Source of the DNA: an uncultured Muribaculaceae bacterium
GTDB lineage: Bacteria; Bacillota_I; Bacilli_A; RF39; UBA660
DNA: 64,000 nt
Reading direction: 5' to 3'
Assembly (NCBI GenBank): GCA_964371025.1
Contig: CAYJKH010000003.1
Span: 19,891-83,890 of the forward strand
Shown here: piece after piece, positions 38,938-48,862 of the stretch
How the letters are laid out: each line of letters opens with the position of its first letter
Numbering within the stretch: position 1 is the stretch's first letter
Notes under the pieces: generated by a model
What the model saw: only the letters and a program-made list of their open reading frames with translations
Databases searched by the model: none
What the model was told of the DNA's origin: nothing
Translations under genes and position numbers: made by a program

Positions 38938-39910
38938 TTAAAACCTCCTTAAATTCGTTTAGTACTTTTATTATATCACATGTCGAATTGTGTTTATAGA
39001 TTTTATTTTTTAATTCAGTTGATCCTTTTATCCCTTTAAAATACCATCCTATATGACTTCTAATCTCTAAAGACGCTAATTTTTCTCCTTTAATTTCCTT
39101 TAATAACTTTATATGTCTTAAACAAGTGTTAATTCTATCATCAATTGTTATTTCAGATTTGTACTCCCCTTTTTCTAAATAATCTACTGTTTGCTTAAAT
39201 AGCCAAGGTTTCCCTAATGCTCCTCTCCCTATCATCACAGCATCACACTTAGTATTAATTATCATATTTTTAGCATCGGCTGGTGATTTAATGTCCCCAT
39301 TTCCAATAACAGGAATTTTTACATTTTCTTTTACTTTTTTTATAATCTCCCAATCTGCTGATCCCGTATATCCTTGAGCTCTAGTTCGTGGATGAACACA
39401 AATAGCACTTGCTCCTGCTTTTTCTATTAATTTTGCTACTTCTACAGCATTTATTGTTTTATTATCCCATCCACTTCTTATCTTCACTGTTACAGGAATA
39501 GGAATAGCTTTTACCACAGCATCTACAATCTCAAAAATTTTTTTAGGATTTTTCATTAATGCTGCCCCTGCCTGTGCTCTTAATGCTACTTTCGGAACAG
39601 GACATCCCATGTTAATGTCTATAATGTCTGGTTTCATATTTTCATATATATATATTGCTGCATTGACAAAAGAATCTTTATCACTTCCAAATATTTGCTG
39701 AGTGATTGGTCTTTCTGATTCCTTCATATATAACATGTCGATAGTTTTCTGATTTTTATATGTTATGGCCTTATCACTAACCATTTCAGCATAAATTAAA
39801 CCTACTTTATTTTCTTTACAAAGAATTCTAAAGGCTGAATTACAAACTCCAGCCATAGGAGCTAATACTACTTGATTTTTTATCTTAACATTTCCTATAT
39901 TCCACTCCAT
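38921..39910 (-). CDS. dusB: tRNA-dihydrouridine synthase B
   Basis: N-terminus ...VVLAPMAGVCNSAFR... and TIM-barrel Dus family. It is adjacent to lysS, as in Bacillus (yacF). Confidence 0.85.
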   Translation of the reverse strand: MEWNIGNVKIKNQVVLAPMAGVCNSAFRILCKENKVGLIYAEMVSDKAITYKNQKTIDMLYMKESERPITQQIFGSDKDSFVNAAIYIYENMKPDIIDINMGCPVPKVALRAQAGAALMKNPKKIFEIVDAVVKAIPIPVTVKIRSGWDNKTINAVEVAKLIEKAGASAICVHPRTRAQGYTGSADWEIIKKVKENVKIPVIGNGDIKSPADAKNMIINTKCDAVMIGRGALGKPWLFKQTVDYLEKGEYKSEITIDDRINTCLRHIKLLKEIKGEKLASLEIRSHIGWYFKGIKGSTELKNKIYKHNSTCDIIKVLNEFKEVLNDKYK

Positions 39911-39984
39911 ATGGCACCTCTTTCATATGCGTATTATAAACTATTTATCTTTTTTTTGCAATAAAAAAACTCTTTCGAGTTTTA

Positions 39985-41964
39985 TTACTTATCTAATTCT
40001 TTAATTAATTCAGTTTTAGTTTTTTTGCTATAATCTTTAATATTTTTTTCTTTTGCTAGTTCTTTTAATTTTGATATTGGCATAGCTTCATAGTTTTCTG
40101 TTTCTTCTGGCATATGTCCATTTTCTACTAAGTAATCTATTTGTTCTTTTGTTAGTGTTTCATATTCTAATAAAGTATCTGCTATTAATTCTAGCAATTT
40201 TTTCTCTGTTTTTAAAACATTTAATGCTTTTTCATGACATTCATTTACTATTTTTCTAATTTCCATATCAATTTCATTAGCTACTTCATTTGAAAAATGC
40301 TGTGACTTATTATAATCTCTACCTAAGAATACACTACCGTCTGTATGATCATATTGTAATGGTCCTAAATCGCTCATTCCATACTCTGTAACCATTGCAC
40401 GTGCTATTTTTGTTACTTTCTGGAAATCATTATGAGCTCCTGTAGTTATTTCTTTAAAGATTAATTCTTCTGCTGCACGTCCACCTAGTAAACCTACTAT
40501 TTCTTCTAATAGATCTGTTTTAGTTGAACATAGTTTATCTTCATTAGGTGTCATCATATTATAACCACCTGCTGTTCCACGAGGAATAATCGTTACTTTT
40601 TGAACATCACTAGCATTTTTTAGTTTAATACCAATTACAGCATGTCCTGCTTCATGGTATGCTACTAATTTGCGATCATTTTCACTATATCTTCTACTAA
40701 CTTTAGCAGGTCCCATTAGAACTCTATCTGTTGCTTCATCTATTTCATTCATTGTTACTTTTGTTTTGTTTCGTCTTACTGCAAGTAAAGCAGCTTCATT
40801 TAATAGATTTTCTAAATCAGCTCCACTAAATCCAGATGTTCTTCTTGCAAGATTTCCTAAAACTACACTTGGTGCCAAAGTTTTATTTTTAGCATGAACT
40901 CCTAAAATTGCTTCTCTTTCTTTTACATCCGGTAAATTAACAGTAACTTGTCTATCAAAACGCCCTGGTCTAAGTAATGCTGGATCTAAGACATCTGGTC
41001 TATTAGTAGCTGCAATGATTATAATTCCTTCATTTACACCAAAACCATCCATTTCTGTAAGTAATTGGTTTAATGTTTGTTCTCTTTCATCGTGTCCTCC
41101 ACCAACACCTGTTCCTCTTTGTCTCCCTACTGCATCAATTTCATCAATAAATATTAAACATGGAGCATTTCTTTTAGCTTCTTTAAACATGTCTCTAACA
41201 CGGCTTGCTCCGACTCCAACAAATAGTTCCACAAAGTCAGAACCACTTATAAAATAAAATGGTGCATTTGCTTCTCCTGCAACTGCTTTTGCTAGTAATG
41301 TTTTACCAGTTCCTGGAGGACCAAATAATAAAACTCCTTTTGGAATTCTTGCTCCCAACTTTTCGAATTTTTTGGGATTTTTTAAGAAATCAATAATCTC
41401 ACTTACTTCTTCTTTTTCTTCTAGTAATCCAGCTACATTTTTAAATGTTACTTTATCTTTATCGTTAGTTAATTTAGCTCTACTTTTACCAAAATCCATT
41501 GAATTTTTACTTCCAGCTAACTGTCTATTCATAAAATAGAAAATAATAACTACAATGATTAATATAGGCAATACATTAACAAGTAAGGCAACTAAAATTG
41601 ATGCTCCCGGATCACTTAATGTTTCCATTTTGAAATCTTGTTCTTTATTTGCTGCTGTAATATCTGTGATTATTTCATCACTTAAAGGTAATCTAACAAA
41701 GAATGATTCATTTTCTTCATATCCTTTTAGAGTTCCTGTTGCCTCATAAATAGCAGCAGAACTTCTTGCTGTTAACTCTAATTCTTTTATGTTTCCTTCT
41801 TCTAATTCTGTTATAAATTCATTATATGTAAGATCATTTACTTTATTATTAAGCATTTCAAATACATAAAAAAATGTAATCATTATTAATAAAATAAATA
41901 CATAAGGTAGTATTCCTTTATTAACTGTGTTTTTATTGGGTAGTTTTACTTCTTTCTTTTTCAT
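39985..41964 (-). CDS. ftsH: ATP-dependent zinc metalloprotease FtsH
   Basis: Walker [12 protein letters not shown] region and HEAGH zinc motif. Confidence 0.95.
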   Translation of the reverse strand: MKKKEVKLPNKNTVNKGILPYVFILLIMITFFYVFEMLNNKVNDLTYNEFITELEEGNIKELELTARSSAAIYEATGTLKGYEENESFFVRLPLSDEIITDITAANKEQDFKMETLSDPGASILVALLVNVLPILIIVVIIFYFMNRQLAGSKNSMDFGKSRAKLTNDKDKVTFKNVAGLLEEKEEVSEIIDFLKNPKKFEKLGARIPKGVLLFGPPGTGKTLLAKAVAGEANAPFYFISGSDFVELFVGVGASRVRDMFKEAKRNAPCLIFIDEIDAVGRQRGTGVGGGHDEREQTLNQLLTEMDGFGVNEGIIIIAATNRPDVLDPALLRPGRFDRQVTVNLPDVKEREAILGVHAKNKTLAPSVVLGNLARRTSGFSGADLENLLNEAALLAVRRNKTKVTMNEIDEATDRVLMGPAKVSRRYSENDRKLVAYHEAGHAVIGIKLKNASDVQKVTIIPRGTAGGYNMMTPNEDKLCSTKTDLLEEIVGLLGGRAAEELIFKEITTGAHNDFQKVTKIARAMVTEYGMSDLGPLQYDHTDGSVFLGRDYNKSQHFSNEVANEIDMEIRKIVNECHEKALNVLKTEKKLLELIADTLLEYETLTKEQIDYLVENGHMPEETENYEAMPISKLKELAKEKNIKDYSKKTKTELIKELDK

Positions 41965-41976
41965 TTTTCCTCCGTA

Positions 41977-43293
41977 CTATTCATATTTTAATATTATATC
42001 ATATTTTTCTGTTTGATTTTTATCATATTTAGATTTTTTTAGATTTGGAATCCATATAATTATTCCTTTAGAATCCATAACAACTGGCCATGAATCACGT
42101 AAATTAACATTTACTTTTAAATCAATAAAAATATCTTTTACTTTTTTTCCACCTTTTGTTCCTTTTAGTGAAATTTTATCTCCAATTTTTCTTGTTCTAA
42201 CAATTAATGGTAGAGTAACTTCACTACTATCAATTCTAATAATATCATTCCCTACTAAAGTCGATTTTGCTATTTTTTTTATATAATGATTATTAGCTAA
42301 AGATATATATTCATTTAATTCTATTTCATAATTACTTATTTCATCTATATTTTTCTTAATTTCCAAGAAATTATACTCTTTAGACGCTATAACATCATTA
42401 GGTAGATTTATAATAGAATTTGCTTTTTTACTATAAACTAATTTAATTAATAAGTCAACATGATTACTGTTTATCAATATTAAATCATCTTGATAAAATT
42501 CACTAAGTAGATAGTTAAATATTTCTCTTTGAAGATATGAGTCGATTTTCTTAAACTCCTCTAAATTAATTTTATTAGCATCTTCTACTTTTTTTAATGC
42601 TTTATTTCTTTCTTTTTCTATATATTTATATGTATCAATTAATAATTCACTATACTTAATAAATTTAGTGTGTACATTTTTGTCTTCTTTTTTTAAAAAA
42701 GGTAACATGTTTTTTCGAAATCTATTTCTTGTATAATTGTCACTATCATTAGTTTTATCTATATAATACTCAATTTTATTTTTTTCTAAATACTCTATGA
42801 TTTCATCTTTTGTGTAATAAATCAGAGGTCTTAACACTTTATATCCTCCTACTTCTATTTCTTTTTTAAATCCAGCATATCCTAAAAGATTTGTCCCTCT
42901 TACTATTTTCATCATAATAGTTTCGATTAAGTCATCAGCATGATGGGCAGTCATTAAGTAATCACCTGCATATTTTTTCATAAGTTTATTATAAAAATTA
43001 TATCTAATATTACGAGCTTCATTTTCAAAATTATCATCACCATATTCTTCTACTATCATACTCTCAAATATAAGTGACTTTTTTTCACAGAATGTTTTTA
43101 CATATAGCATTTCTTCTAATGATTCTTCGCGAACATTATGATTTATATGAGATACAATTAAAGTTAATTTCTTTTTACTAGATAATTCTAGCATACTATA
43201 CAATAAAGCCATTGAATCAGGTCCGCCTGAACAACCAATAATGATAGTAGAATTATTTTTTATATCAAAGTTTTTTTCAATATTAAAGTTCAT
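41977..43293 (-). CDS. tilS: tRNA(Ile)-lysidine synthetase
   Basis: PP-loop SGGPDS near the N-terminus. Confidence 0.85.
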   Translation of the reverse strand: MNFNIEKNFDIKNNSTIIIGCSGGPDSMALLYSMLELSSKKKLTLIVSHINHNVREESLEEMLYVKTFCEKKSLIFESMIVEEYGDDNFENEARNIRYNFYNKLMKKYAGDYLMTAHHADDLIETIMMKIVRGTNLLGYAGFKKEIEVGGYKVLRPLIYYTKDEIIEYLEKNKIEYYIDKTNDSDNYTRNRFRKNMLPFLKKEDKNVHTKFIKYSELLIDTYKYIEKERNKALKKVEDANKINLEEFKKIDSYLQREIFNYLLSEFYQDDLILINSNHVDLLIKLVYSKKANSIINLPNDVIASKEYNFLEIKKNIDEISNYEIELNEYISLANNHYIKKIAKSTLVGNDIIRIDSSEVTLPLIVRTRKIGDKISLKGTKGGKKVKDIFIDLKVNVNLRDSWPVVMDSKGIIIWIPNLKKSKYDKNQTEKYDIILKYE

Positions 43294-43344
43294 AAATCCT
43301 CCTACATATATATTATATCATGAAATAAAAAAAGAATTAATATA

Positions 43345-43641
43345 TTAATTCTCTGGCATTTTCAAAACAAATTCTCCATCTTTTGTAAATAAGTATTTTT
43401 CTCTTGCATACCTTGCTACATATTCAGGATCTTGTAGTTTTTCACTATCTACTGTTAATTTTTCTTCTTCCTCTTTTAAGGCAATCAACTCTTCTTCGAG
43501 TTTTCCTTTTTCTTGATATTTATTATATATTTCTACCCACATACTACCGATTGTAGTTGTAAGCCCAATTACCATAAATAGGCAAATACATGAAAGTAAA
43601 AATGTTTTTTTTATTTTTTTTGATTTCTTTTGCTTTTTCAT
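43345..43641 (-). CDS. divIC: Septum-formation initiator (FtsB/DivIC family)
   Basis: 98 aa, a single TM plus a coiled coil. The C-terminal DPEYVARYAREKYLF matches the FtsB/DivIC signature. Confidence 0.7.
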   Translation of the reverse strand: MKKQKKSKKIKKTFLLSCICLFMVIGLTTTIGSMWVEIYNKYQEKGKLEEELIALKEEEEKLTVDSEKLQDPEYVARYAREKYLFTKDGEFVLKMPEN

Positions 43642-43748
43642 ATATAAACCTACCTTTCTATCATAATTATATAAATATTTATTATAAGTAACAATGTATT
43701 TATGAGTATTATTATAAAATATACACTTTTTTACAAAAAAAAAGGATA

Positions 43749-44030
43749 TTATCCTTCTTTTTCTTCTTCTGGCTCTTCAGCTTTATTATAAGCCTCAATT
43801 ATTGACACTTGAAACATATTTCTAACTTCTGGGTTTATAGGGTGAGCAATATCTCTGTAAACACCTGTTGCTGTTTTACGACTAGGCATTGCAATAAATA
43901 GTCCAGAATCTCCTTCGATGATTCTTATATCATGAACTGCAAAGCAATCATCTAATAAAATAGAAGCAATTCCTTTCATGCGAGATCCTTCTTTTTCAAT
44001 TTTACGTACATTAACTGATGTAATTTTCAT
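43749..44030 (-). CDS. spoVG: SpoVG-family regulator
   Basis: 93 aa; [11 protein letters not shown]... highly conserved SpoVG N-terminus. Confidence 0.9.
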   Translation of the reverse strand: MKITSVNVRKIEKEGSRMKGIASILLDDCFAVHDIRIIEGDSGLFIAMPSRKTATGVYRDIAHPINPEVRNMFQVSIIEAYNKAEEPEEEKEG

Positions 44031-44115
44031 ACTATGTCCTCCTTATAAAGTAGTTAACTTTATATTTTAATAATATAACATGTATAAAAAAATTGCAACA
44101 TATTATTTATTGCAA

Positions 44116-44919
44116 TTATTTAAAAGTTATTTCATTACTTAAATCTACAAATACACTTAATGGAATTTCTTCTGCTCTACTTAATAAAGATAAATTATTT
44201 TCCTTTAGAATCTTTGAAATTAAGTCAATGGATTGGCCTTTAAAGTTATTATTTAAATTTTTTCTTTTGAACTGAAAAGCCACTTTTAGCATATGTTCAA
44301 AATTATTGATATCATTTAATTCTAACTTAGTTTCTTTTTCTGTAAATGAAATTATACAACTATCAACTTTTGGCATGGGAATAAACTCTTCTCTTCCAAC
44401 AAAAAACTCATTTTTTATATCATAAAAATAACTTAAGTAAACAGATAATGACCCATATGTCTTTTTATTAGGAGGGGATGTTAATCGATCTCCTACTTCT
44501 TTTTGTACCATTAATACAATTTTGTTGAAATAAAGCTTAGAATTTACAAGTTTCATTATTATAGGTGTAGTAATATAATATGGTAGATTACTAACAAAAA
44601 ATACTTTTTTATATTTATATTTACTAATATCTTTTTCAAAATCAACATTCAAAAAGTCTTCGTATATTATTTCAATATTATCAAAGTTTTTTAATTTACT
44701 ATTTAACCCTATTTCCAGTTCTTTATCTATTTCATACGCAATAACTTTACCTGCTCTTTTTGCAAGTTCTTTTGTCATTATTGCTCCCCCTGGCCCAACT
44801 TCAATAACTAAAGAATCTTTATCAATGTCTGCAATATCTACAATTTTTTCTACTACATTATTATCTTTTAAAAAGTTTTGTCCATATTTTTTTTTGAATT
44901 TATTATTATATTTTTCCAT
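44116..44919 (-). CDS. rsmA: 16S rRNA (adenine1518/1519-N6)-dimethyltransferase RsmA/KsgA
   Basis: N-terminal KKKYGQNFL and the SAM-binding EVGPGGAIMT. Confidence 0.9.
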   Translation of the reverse strand: MEKYNNKFKKKYGQNFLKDNNVVEKIVDIADIDKDSLVIEVGPGGAIMTKELAKRAGKVIAYEIDKELEIGLNSKLKNFDNIEIIYEDFLNVDFEKDISKYKYKKVFFVSNLPYYITTPIIMKLVNSKLYFNKIVLMVQKEVGDRLTSPPNKKTYGSLSVYLSYFYDIKNEFFVGREEFIPMPKVDSCIISFTEKETKLELNDINNFEHMLKVAFQFKRKNLNNNFKGQSIDLISKILKENNLSLLSRAEEIPLSVFVDLSNEITFK

Positions 44920-44959
44920 ATTTTCTCCAACTGATGAAATTATAACACAAAAAAAGAAA

Positions 44960-45472
44960 TTATAAAACTTCTTCTTCTATTGTACTTTGATTTGTTTTTG
45001 TCATTTCATTAGTTTTTTCTGGCAGTTCCATACTTGTTTCTTTTTTATTATCATGTTTTTTTATATTTATCATAAAAATAATATTAGCTATAATTAATCC
45101 ATATATCATAATTATTAATGTAGGAATAAAGTCACTGAAAAAAACAAAATTAATATCAAATCCTAGTTCTTGGTTTAATATCATTCCTTTATCAAATATT
45201 GTTCTTAACCCCACTATTATAATTGCACTAAAAACAAATACTGATGTTATGTTATAAAATATATTATTAGTAACTTGTTTTTGTTTAAATATAATATTAA
45301 TTATATATACTAGTAAAAGTATTCCTAAAGGAATAAAGATATCAATATATTCAGTTAAACTCTTCTCAATACGAGTATTCATTCCCATTATTATATACAT
45401 AACTATTGCAAATACTCCAATAAACATTAGATATTTTAGAATAGAAAATAATTTATTTAATATATTAATCAT
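44960..45472 (-). CDS. Four-TM small membrane protein (170 aa). It is the last gene of the SipW/TasA-like operon and a candidate assembly or anchoring factor.
   Basis: Four hydrophobic helices plus an acidic C-terminal tail. The strong GAGGGGG RBS overlaps the upstream stop. Confidence 0.55.
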   Translation of the reverse strand: MINILNKLFSILKYLMFIGVFAIVMYIIMGMNTRIEKSLTEYIDIFIPLGILLLVYIINIIFKQKQVTNNIFYNITSVFVFSAIIIVGLRTIFDKGMILNQELGFDINFVFFSDFIPTLIIMIYGLIIANIIFMINIKKHDNKKETSMELPEKTNEMTKTNQSTIEEEVL

Positions 45473-45473
45473 A

Positions 45474-46154
45474 TTATACCCCCTCTAATGTTTTATACCA
45501 TTCAGATACAACTAATACTAGATTTATAGAACTTCTATAATTGCCAATTATATAATAATAACTATCCTTTGTTTGATTTAAAATATTAATCATAGCATAG
45601 TCACTGTTAAAATGATAACTAGAATTATTTTTTAAAGTAGACTGTAAATATTCTGTTCCTTCAATATTTTCTTCTACTAGTGTTTGGATAAATTTTTGAT
45701 TATCTCCTAAAATATCACTCATTTCCTCTTTGATACTCATATCATACATTTGTCTTACTAAACACTCATTAATAACGTTTTGTTGATACCTTTGGTTTAA
45801 GTTATATACATCTAATAAATCTACTTCTTTTTTATTAAGTAAATCATTTGATTCTTTATTATTAAATGAATTAGTACATATTGATATCTTACTTTTAATT
45901 TCACTCATTTCATACTGATCAAAAGAACCATTATATGTATTTAAATTAAACCATTCTATATTCTTATTTATCTGGTTAATATTAGTTGTTAATTCATCAG
46001 TAAATGTTAAATCTTTCTCTGTTTTTATAAATGTCTTATTTACCTCTTGATAGTGATATGCATTAAGTAATACTATAAAGAAAGCTAATCCAAAAATAAG
46101 TCCTGTAACTGTATAACCAATTATATTTTTATATTCATTTATTATTTTTATCAT
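45474..46154 (-). CDS. Bitopic membrane protein (226 aa): an N-terminal TM anchor plus an extracytoplasmic domain. It is in the operon with sipW and a candidate TapA-like accessory factor.
   Basis: N-terminal TM (IIGYTVTGLIFGLAFFIVLL) then an N/Q/S-rich domain. Its RBS TAGGAGT embeds the sipW stop codon. Confidence 0.55.
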   Translation of the reverse strand: MIKIINEYKNIIGYTVTGLIFGLAFFIVLLNAYHYQEVNKTFIKTEKDLTFTDELTTNINQINKNIEWFNLNTYNGSFDQYEMSEIKSKISICTNSFNNKESNDLLNKKEVDLLDVYNLNQRYQQNVINECLVRQMYDMSIKEEMSDILGDNQKFIQTLVEENIEGTEYLQSTLKNNSSYHFNSDYAMINILNQTKDSYYYIIGNYRSSINLVLVVSEWYKTLEGV

Positions 46155-46162
46155 ATTTACTC

Positions 46163-46828
46163 CTATAATATTTCTATATCTTCTTCTTTTGTTTCTTTAT
46201 CTATTCTATTTCTTGTTTCTTTTTTTGTTATTTTTCTAAAAATAAATTTAATCAATTTAATAATATCATATATAACTATCGCAATTGAAGGGATTAATAT
46301 TAGCAATATCCAACCATATGATGTTGATATAAATGACTGAATATATCCGATTTTTGGAACTCTTAATACTACTTCTCCATATATATCATCATGTGTAACT
46401 AAAGCTGTATCTGCTGTATTATTTGCATCTCCTTTAGTTTTATAAGCTACTTCTCCATCACTATTTTTTTGAACTCCTATTATTCTATGTGTAATAGTAA
46501 TACCGTCATATCTTTTATCAGATGACGAAAAAGTTATAATATCCCCTTTTTCTAATTGTTCATCTACTCTCTTAACAACAATAGCATCATATACATTTAT
46601 ACTTGGAACCATGCTTGGACTTATTATTATATAAGCGTTAAAAAGTGGTTGTTTCCCTTCTTCACCATTAATATTGATAAGACTATTAACAAAATAAAAT
46701 CCTACAAAGCCAAATATTATTAAAATAACAAAAATTACAGCATATAAAATAGTACGAATTGTTATATCTACTATTCTTTTTAATTTTTGCCAAGTTGTAT
46801 ATGAAGAATATTTTTTTTCTTTCTCCAT
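46163..46828 (-). CDS. sipW: SipW-type (ER/archaeal-like, S26B) signal peptidase I with a C-terminal TM anchor
   Basis: 221 aa. N-terminal TM and a catalytic Ser box (IISPSMVPSINVYDAIVV). The conserved GDAN is present, and a second TM lies near the C-terminus (GWILLILIPSIAIVIYDII), as in B. subtilis SipW. Confidence 0.75.
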   Translation of the reverse strand: MEKEKKYSSYTTWQKLKRIVDITIRTILYAVIFVILIIFGFVGFYFVNSLININGEEGKQPLFNAYIIISPSMVPSINVYDAIVVKRVDEQLEKGDIITFSSSDKRYDGITITHRIIGVQKNSDGEVAYKTKGDANNTADTALVTHDDIYGEVVLRVPKIGYIQSFISTSYGWILLILIPSIAIVIYDIIKLIKFIFRKITKKETRNRIDKETKEEDIEIL

Positions 46829-46907
46829 AATAATCCCTCTATTCTACTATAGAATAACATATTATAATTTAAATTAAAAGAGTTGAGCTGATTTTATTTT
46901 TTTCTTT

Positions 46908-46936
46908 ACAAAAAAAAAAAAAATGCAGAGCATTTT
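46908..46936 (-). terminator. Strong rho-independent terminator immediately after paralog 1 (hairpin AAAAUGC-UCU-GCAUUUU plus 13 U residues)
   Basis: Perfect 7-bp stem with a 3-nt loop, followed by a T13 run on the minus strand. The stop codon is part of the 5' arm. Confidence 0.75.
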
Positions 46937-47567
46937 AATTTGAAGTATTTGCATAAACATTTACTTTTATTTTATAACTTCTTGATATACTATCAATTGC
47001 AGTTTCTTCACTAACCCACATTCTCAATCTAAAATCATTAGCATGAACTACTTCTTCTGCTGTTGTATTAGATATAGTGTCTTTATATAATAACATTGAT
47101 TCAGCAGGTGATCCTAGTGCTGAAACACTACCTTGAGGAGTGAATGCTTTTGGAGTTGCAGTAATAGTTGTCGGAACATATGAACTACCACTTTCTTCTT
47201 CTAAGTATAATCTTACATCATTGTCTCCTAAAAAGTTCCCTTCTGCTTCATTTGCTTTTTCTGCTACTATTTCATAGTTAATATCTGTAACCCCAGAAAC
47301 TGTTGCCGATACTGTAAAGTCAAAAGCATTTCCTGTTCCTGTAAGAACTTTTCCTTCATTGTCTGATAAAGGTAATGCATTTGTTATTGAAATTCCTGCT
47401 GTTTCTTCACTATATGTCATTGCAATAGTACCCGTTGTTAAAGAGTTATTTTCAGTTCCTTCTAAAGCTACTGAAAATAGTGCATATGATATTCCTACTA
47501 CAGATACAACTAATACAGCGATTGCTAAAACTGATAAAATTATTTGTTTTGATACATTATTATTCAT
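46935..47567 (-). CDS. TasA/camelysin-like secreted protein with a SipW-cognate signal peptide, paralog 1 of 4 (210 aa)
   Basis: N-terminal signal anchor ending ...VGISYALFSVALEG, then TTGTIAMTYSEE. Compare TasA ...GGGTWAAFND...ASGTLDLS. The C-terminus carries the FRLRMWV motif shared by all four paralogs. Confidence 0.6.
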   Translation of the reverse strand: MNNNVSKQIILSVLAIAVLVVSVVGISYALFSVALEGTENNSLTTGTIAMTYSEETAGISITNALPLSDNEGKVLTGTGNAFDFTVSATVSGVTDINYEIVAEKANEAEGNFLGDNDVRLYLEEESGSSYVPTTITATPKAFTPQGSVSALGSPAESMLLYKDTISNTTAEEVVHANDFRLRMWVSEETAIDSISRSYKIKVNVYANTSN

Positions 47568-47579
47568 ATTTCTCTCCTA

Positions 47580-48227
47580 TTAATTTGTTTCTACTTTAGC
47601 ATGAACTTTAACACTAAAATTACTTGGTGTTGCATTTACTTCATAAGTATCAGCTAACCATAATCTTACTCTAACTTTTTCACTAAAAGTTGAAGTAAAT
47701 GAATTTTCATATATTTCTTTTACACTTTGTCCACCATCTAATGTAGCATTTGTATAACTATTATATAACGCTAAAGGTGCTAATTCAGTTTCACTAACTT
47801 CGCCATCTGTGATGTATAATTTAATATCTTCTTCTGGGACAGCTGGTGATGTTGATGTATTTTCTAAGTATACACTATAATTACCATTACAAACTGAATC
47901 TGAACATGTACATGAAACTGTTACATCTGTATATGCAGTTGAATATCCAGCAATTGGATCCGGATCATTTACTAATGCTTTTCCTACTTCATCACTAATA
48001 GGATGTGCCGAATTAATTGATATTGGATTTCCTTCATTTATTACACAACTCATTGTTCCTGTTGAAATTGTATTTGTAGATCTACTAGCACCAGATGCTG
48101 ACCATGTAAATGCCGCATATGTTATTGCTACTACAGATCCAACTAGTACTAGTATTAATAATAACGTTAATACCAATCTTCCTGCTAAACCTTTTTTTTC
48201 ATTTTTGCTTTCTTCTTTGTTTTCCAT
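47580..48227 (-). CDS. TasA/camelysin-like secreted protein with a SipW-cognate signal peptide, paralog 2 of 4 (215 aa). It is uniquely Cys-rich.
   Basis: ...VAITYAAFTWSASG...STGTMSCVINEG. Five Cys residues (C..VTVSCTCSDSVCNG). C-terminal VRVRLWLADTY. Confidence 0.6.
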   Translation of the reverse strand: MENKEESKNEKKGLAGRLVLTLLLILVLVGSVVAITYAAFTWSASGASRSTNTISTGTMSCVINEGNPISINSAHPISDEVGKALVNDPDPIAGYSTAYTDVTVSCTCSDSVCNGNYSVYLENTSTSPAVPEEDIKLYITDGEVSETELAPLALYNSYTNATLDGGQSVKEIYENSFTSTFSEKVRVRLWLADTYEVNATPSNFSVKVHAKVETN

Positions 48228-48241
48228 AAAAATTCCTCTCT

Positions 48242-48853
48242 TTATTTACTCTTTGCATAAATATTTATTTTAACAGCATATTTTTTTACTGAAAAATCCA
48301 TTATTGCACTTTCATCTAACCACATTCTTAACCTATAAGTGTCAATTTTACTTTGTGAGTGTGACTCTGTAAGCAATACCATTGCACCTTTTGGACTTCC
48401 AAACATACTAGATGTTGTTATTGGAATAAATTTAGTAGGAGCCATTACTTCCTTATAAGTATCTCCTTCTTTTTGTTCTAAGTATAATTTTATTTCACTA
48501 TCTTTTATAGTTGATGTAGCCTCTTTTATTGCTGCTACTTCATATGTAATAGCACTATTACCTACTAGTTCCGATTTTACAGTAAAATCAAAATACTCAT
48601 CACTCCCATTTAATTTTTTACCAGCCTCATCAGAAGTTGGAACCGCATTTTCTATACTTATTCCATTTGTATCTTCTGTGTAAGTCATCGATATAGTACC
48701 TGAACTTACTTCATTTTTATTCCTTCCAGAATTAGCATTCATAAAGTTAGAAAAAGATATCCCTACTACTGAAACTACTAAAAGTAAAAGAATAAGAATT
48801 ATTAAAATTACTTCTTTTGTTATTGTTTTTTGTTTTTCTTCTTTTTTTTCCAT
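48242..48853 (-). CDS. TasA/camelysin-like secreted protein with a SipW-cognate signal peptide, paralog 3 of 4 (203 aa)
   Basis: ...VGISFSNFMNANSG...SSGTISMTYTED. YFDFTV and YRLRMWL motifs. Its RBS overlaps the paralog 4 stop. Confidence 0.6.
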   Translation of the reverse strand: MEKKEEKQKTITKEVILIILILLLLVVSVVGISFSNFMNANSGRNKNEVSSGTISMTYTEDTNGISIENAVPTSDEAGKKLNGSDEYFDFTVKSELVGNSAITYEVAAIKEATSTIKDSEIKLYLEQKEGDTYKEVMAPTKFIPITTSSMFGSPKGAMVLLTESHSQSKIDTYRLRMWLDESAIMDFSVKKYAVKINIYAKSK

Positions 48854-48862
48854 ATTAACACC

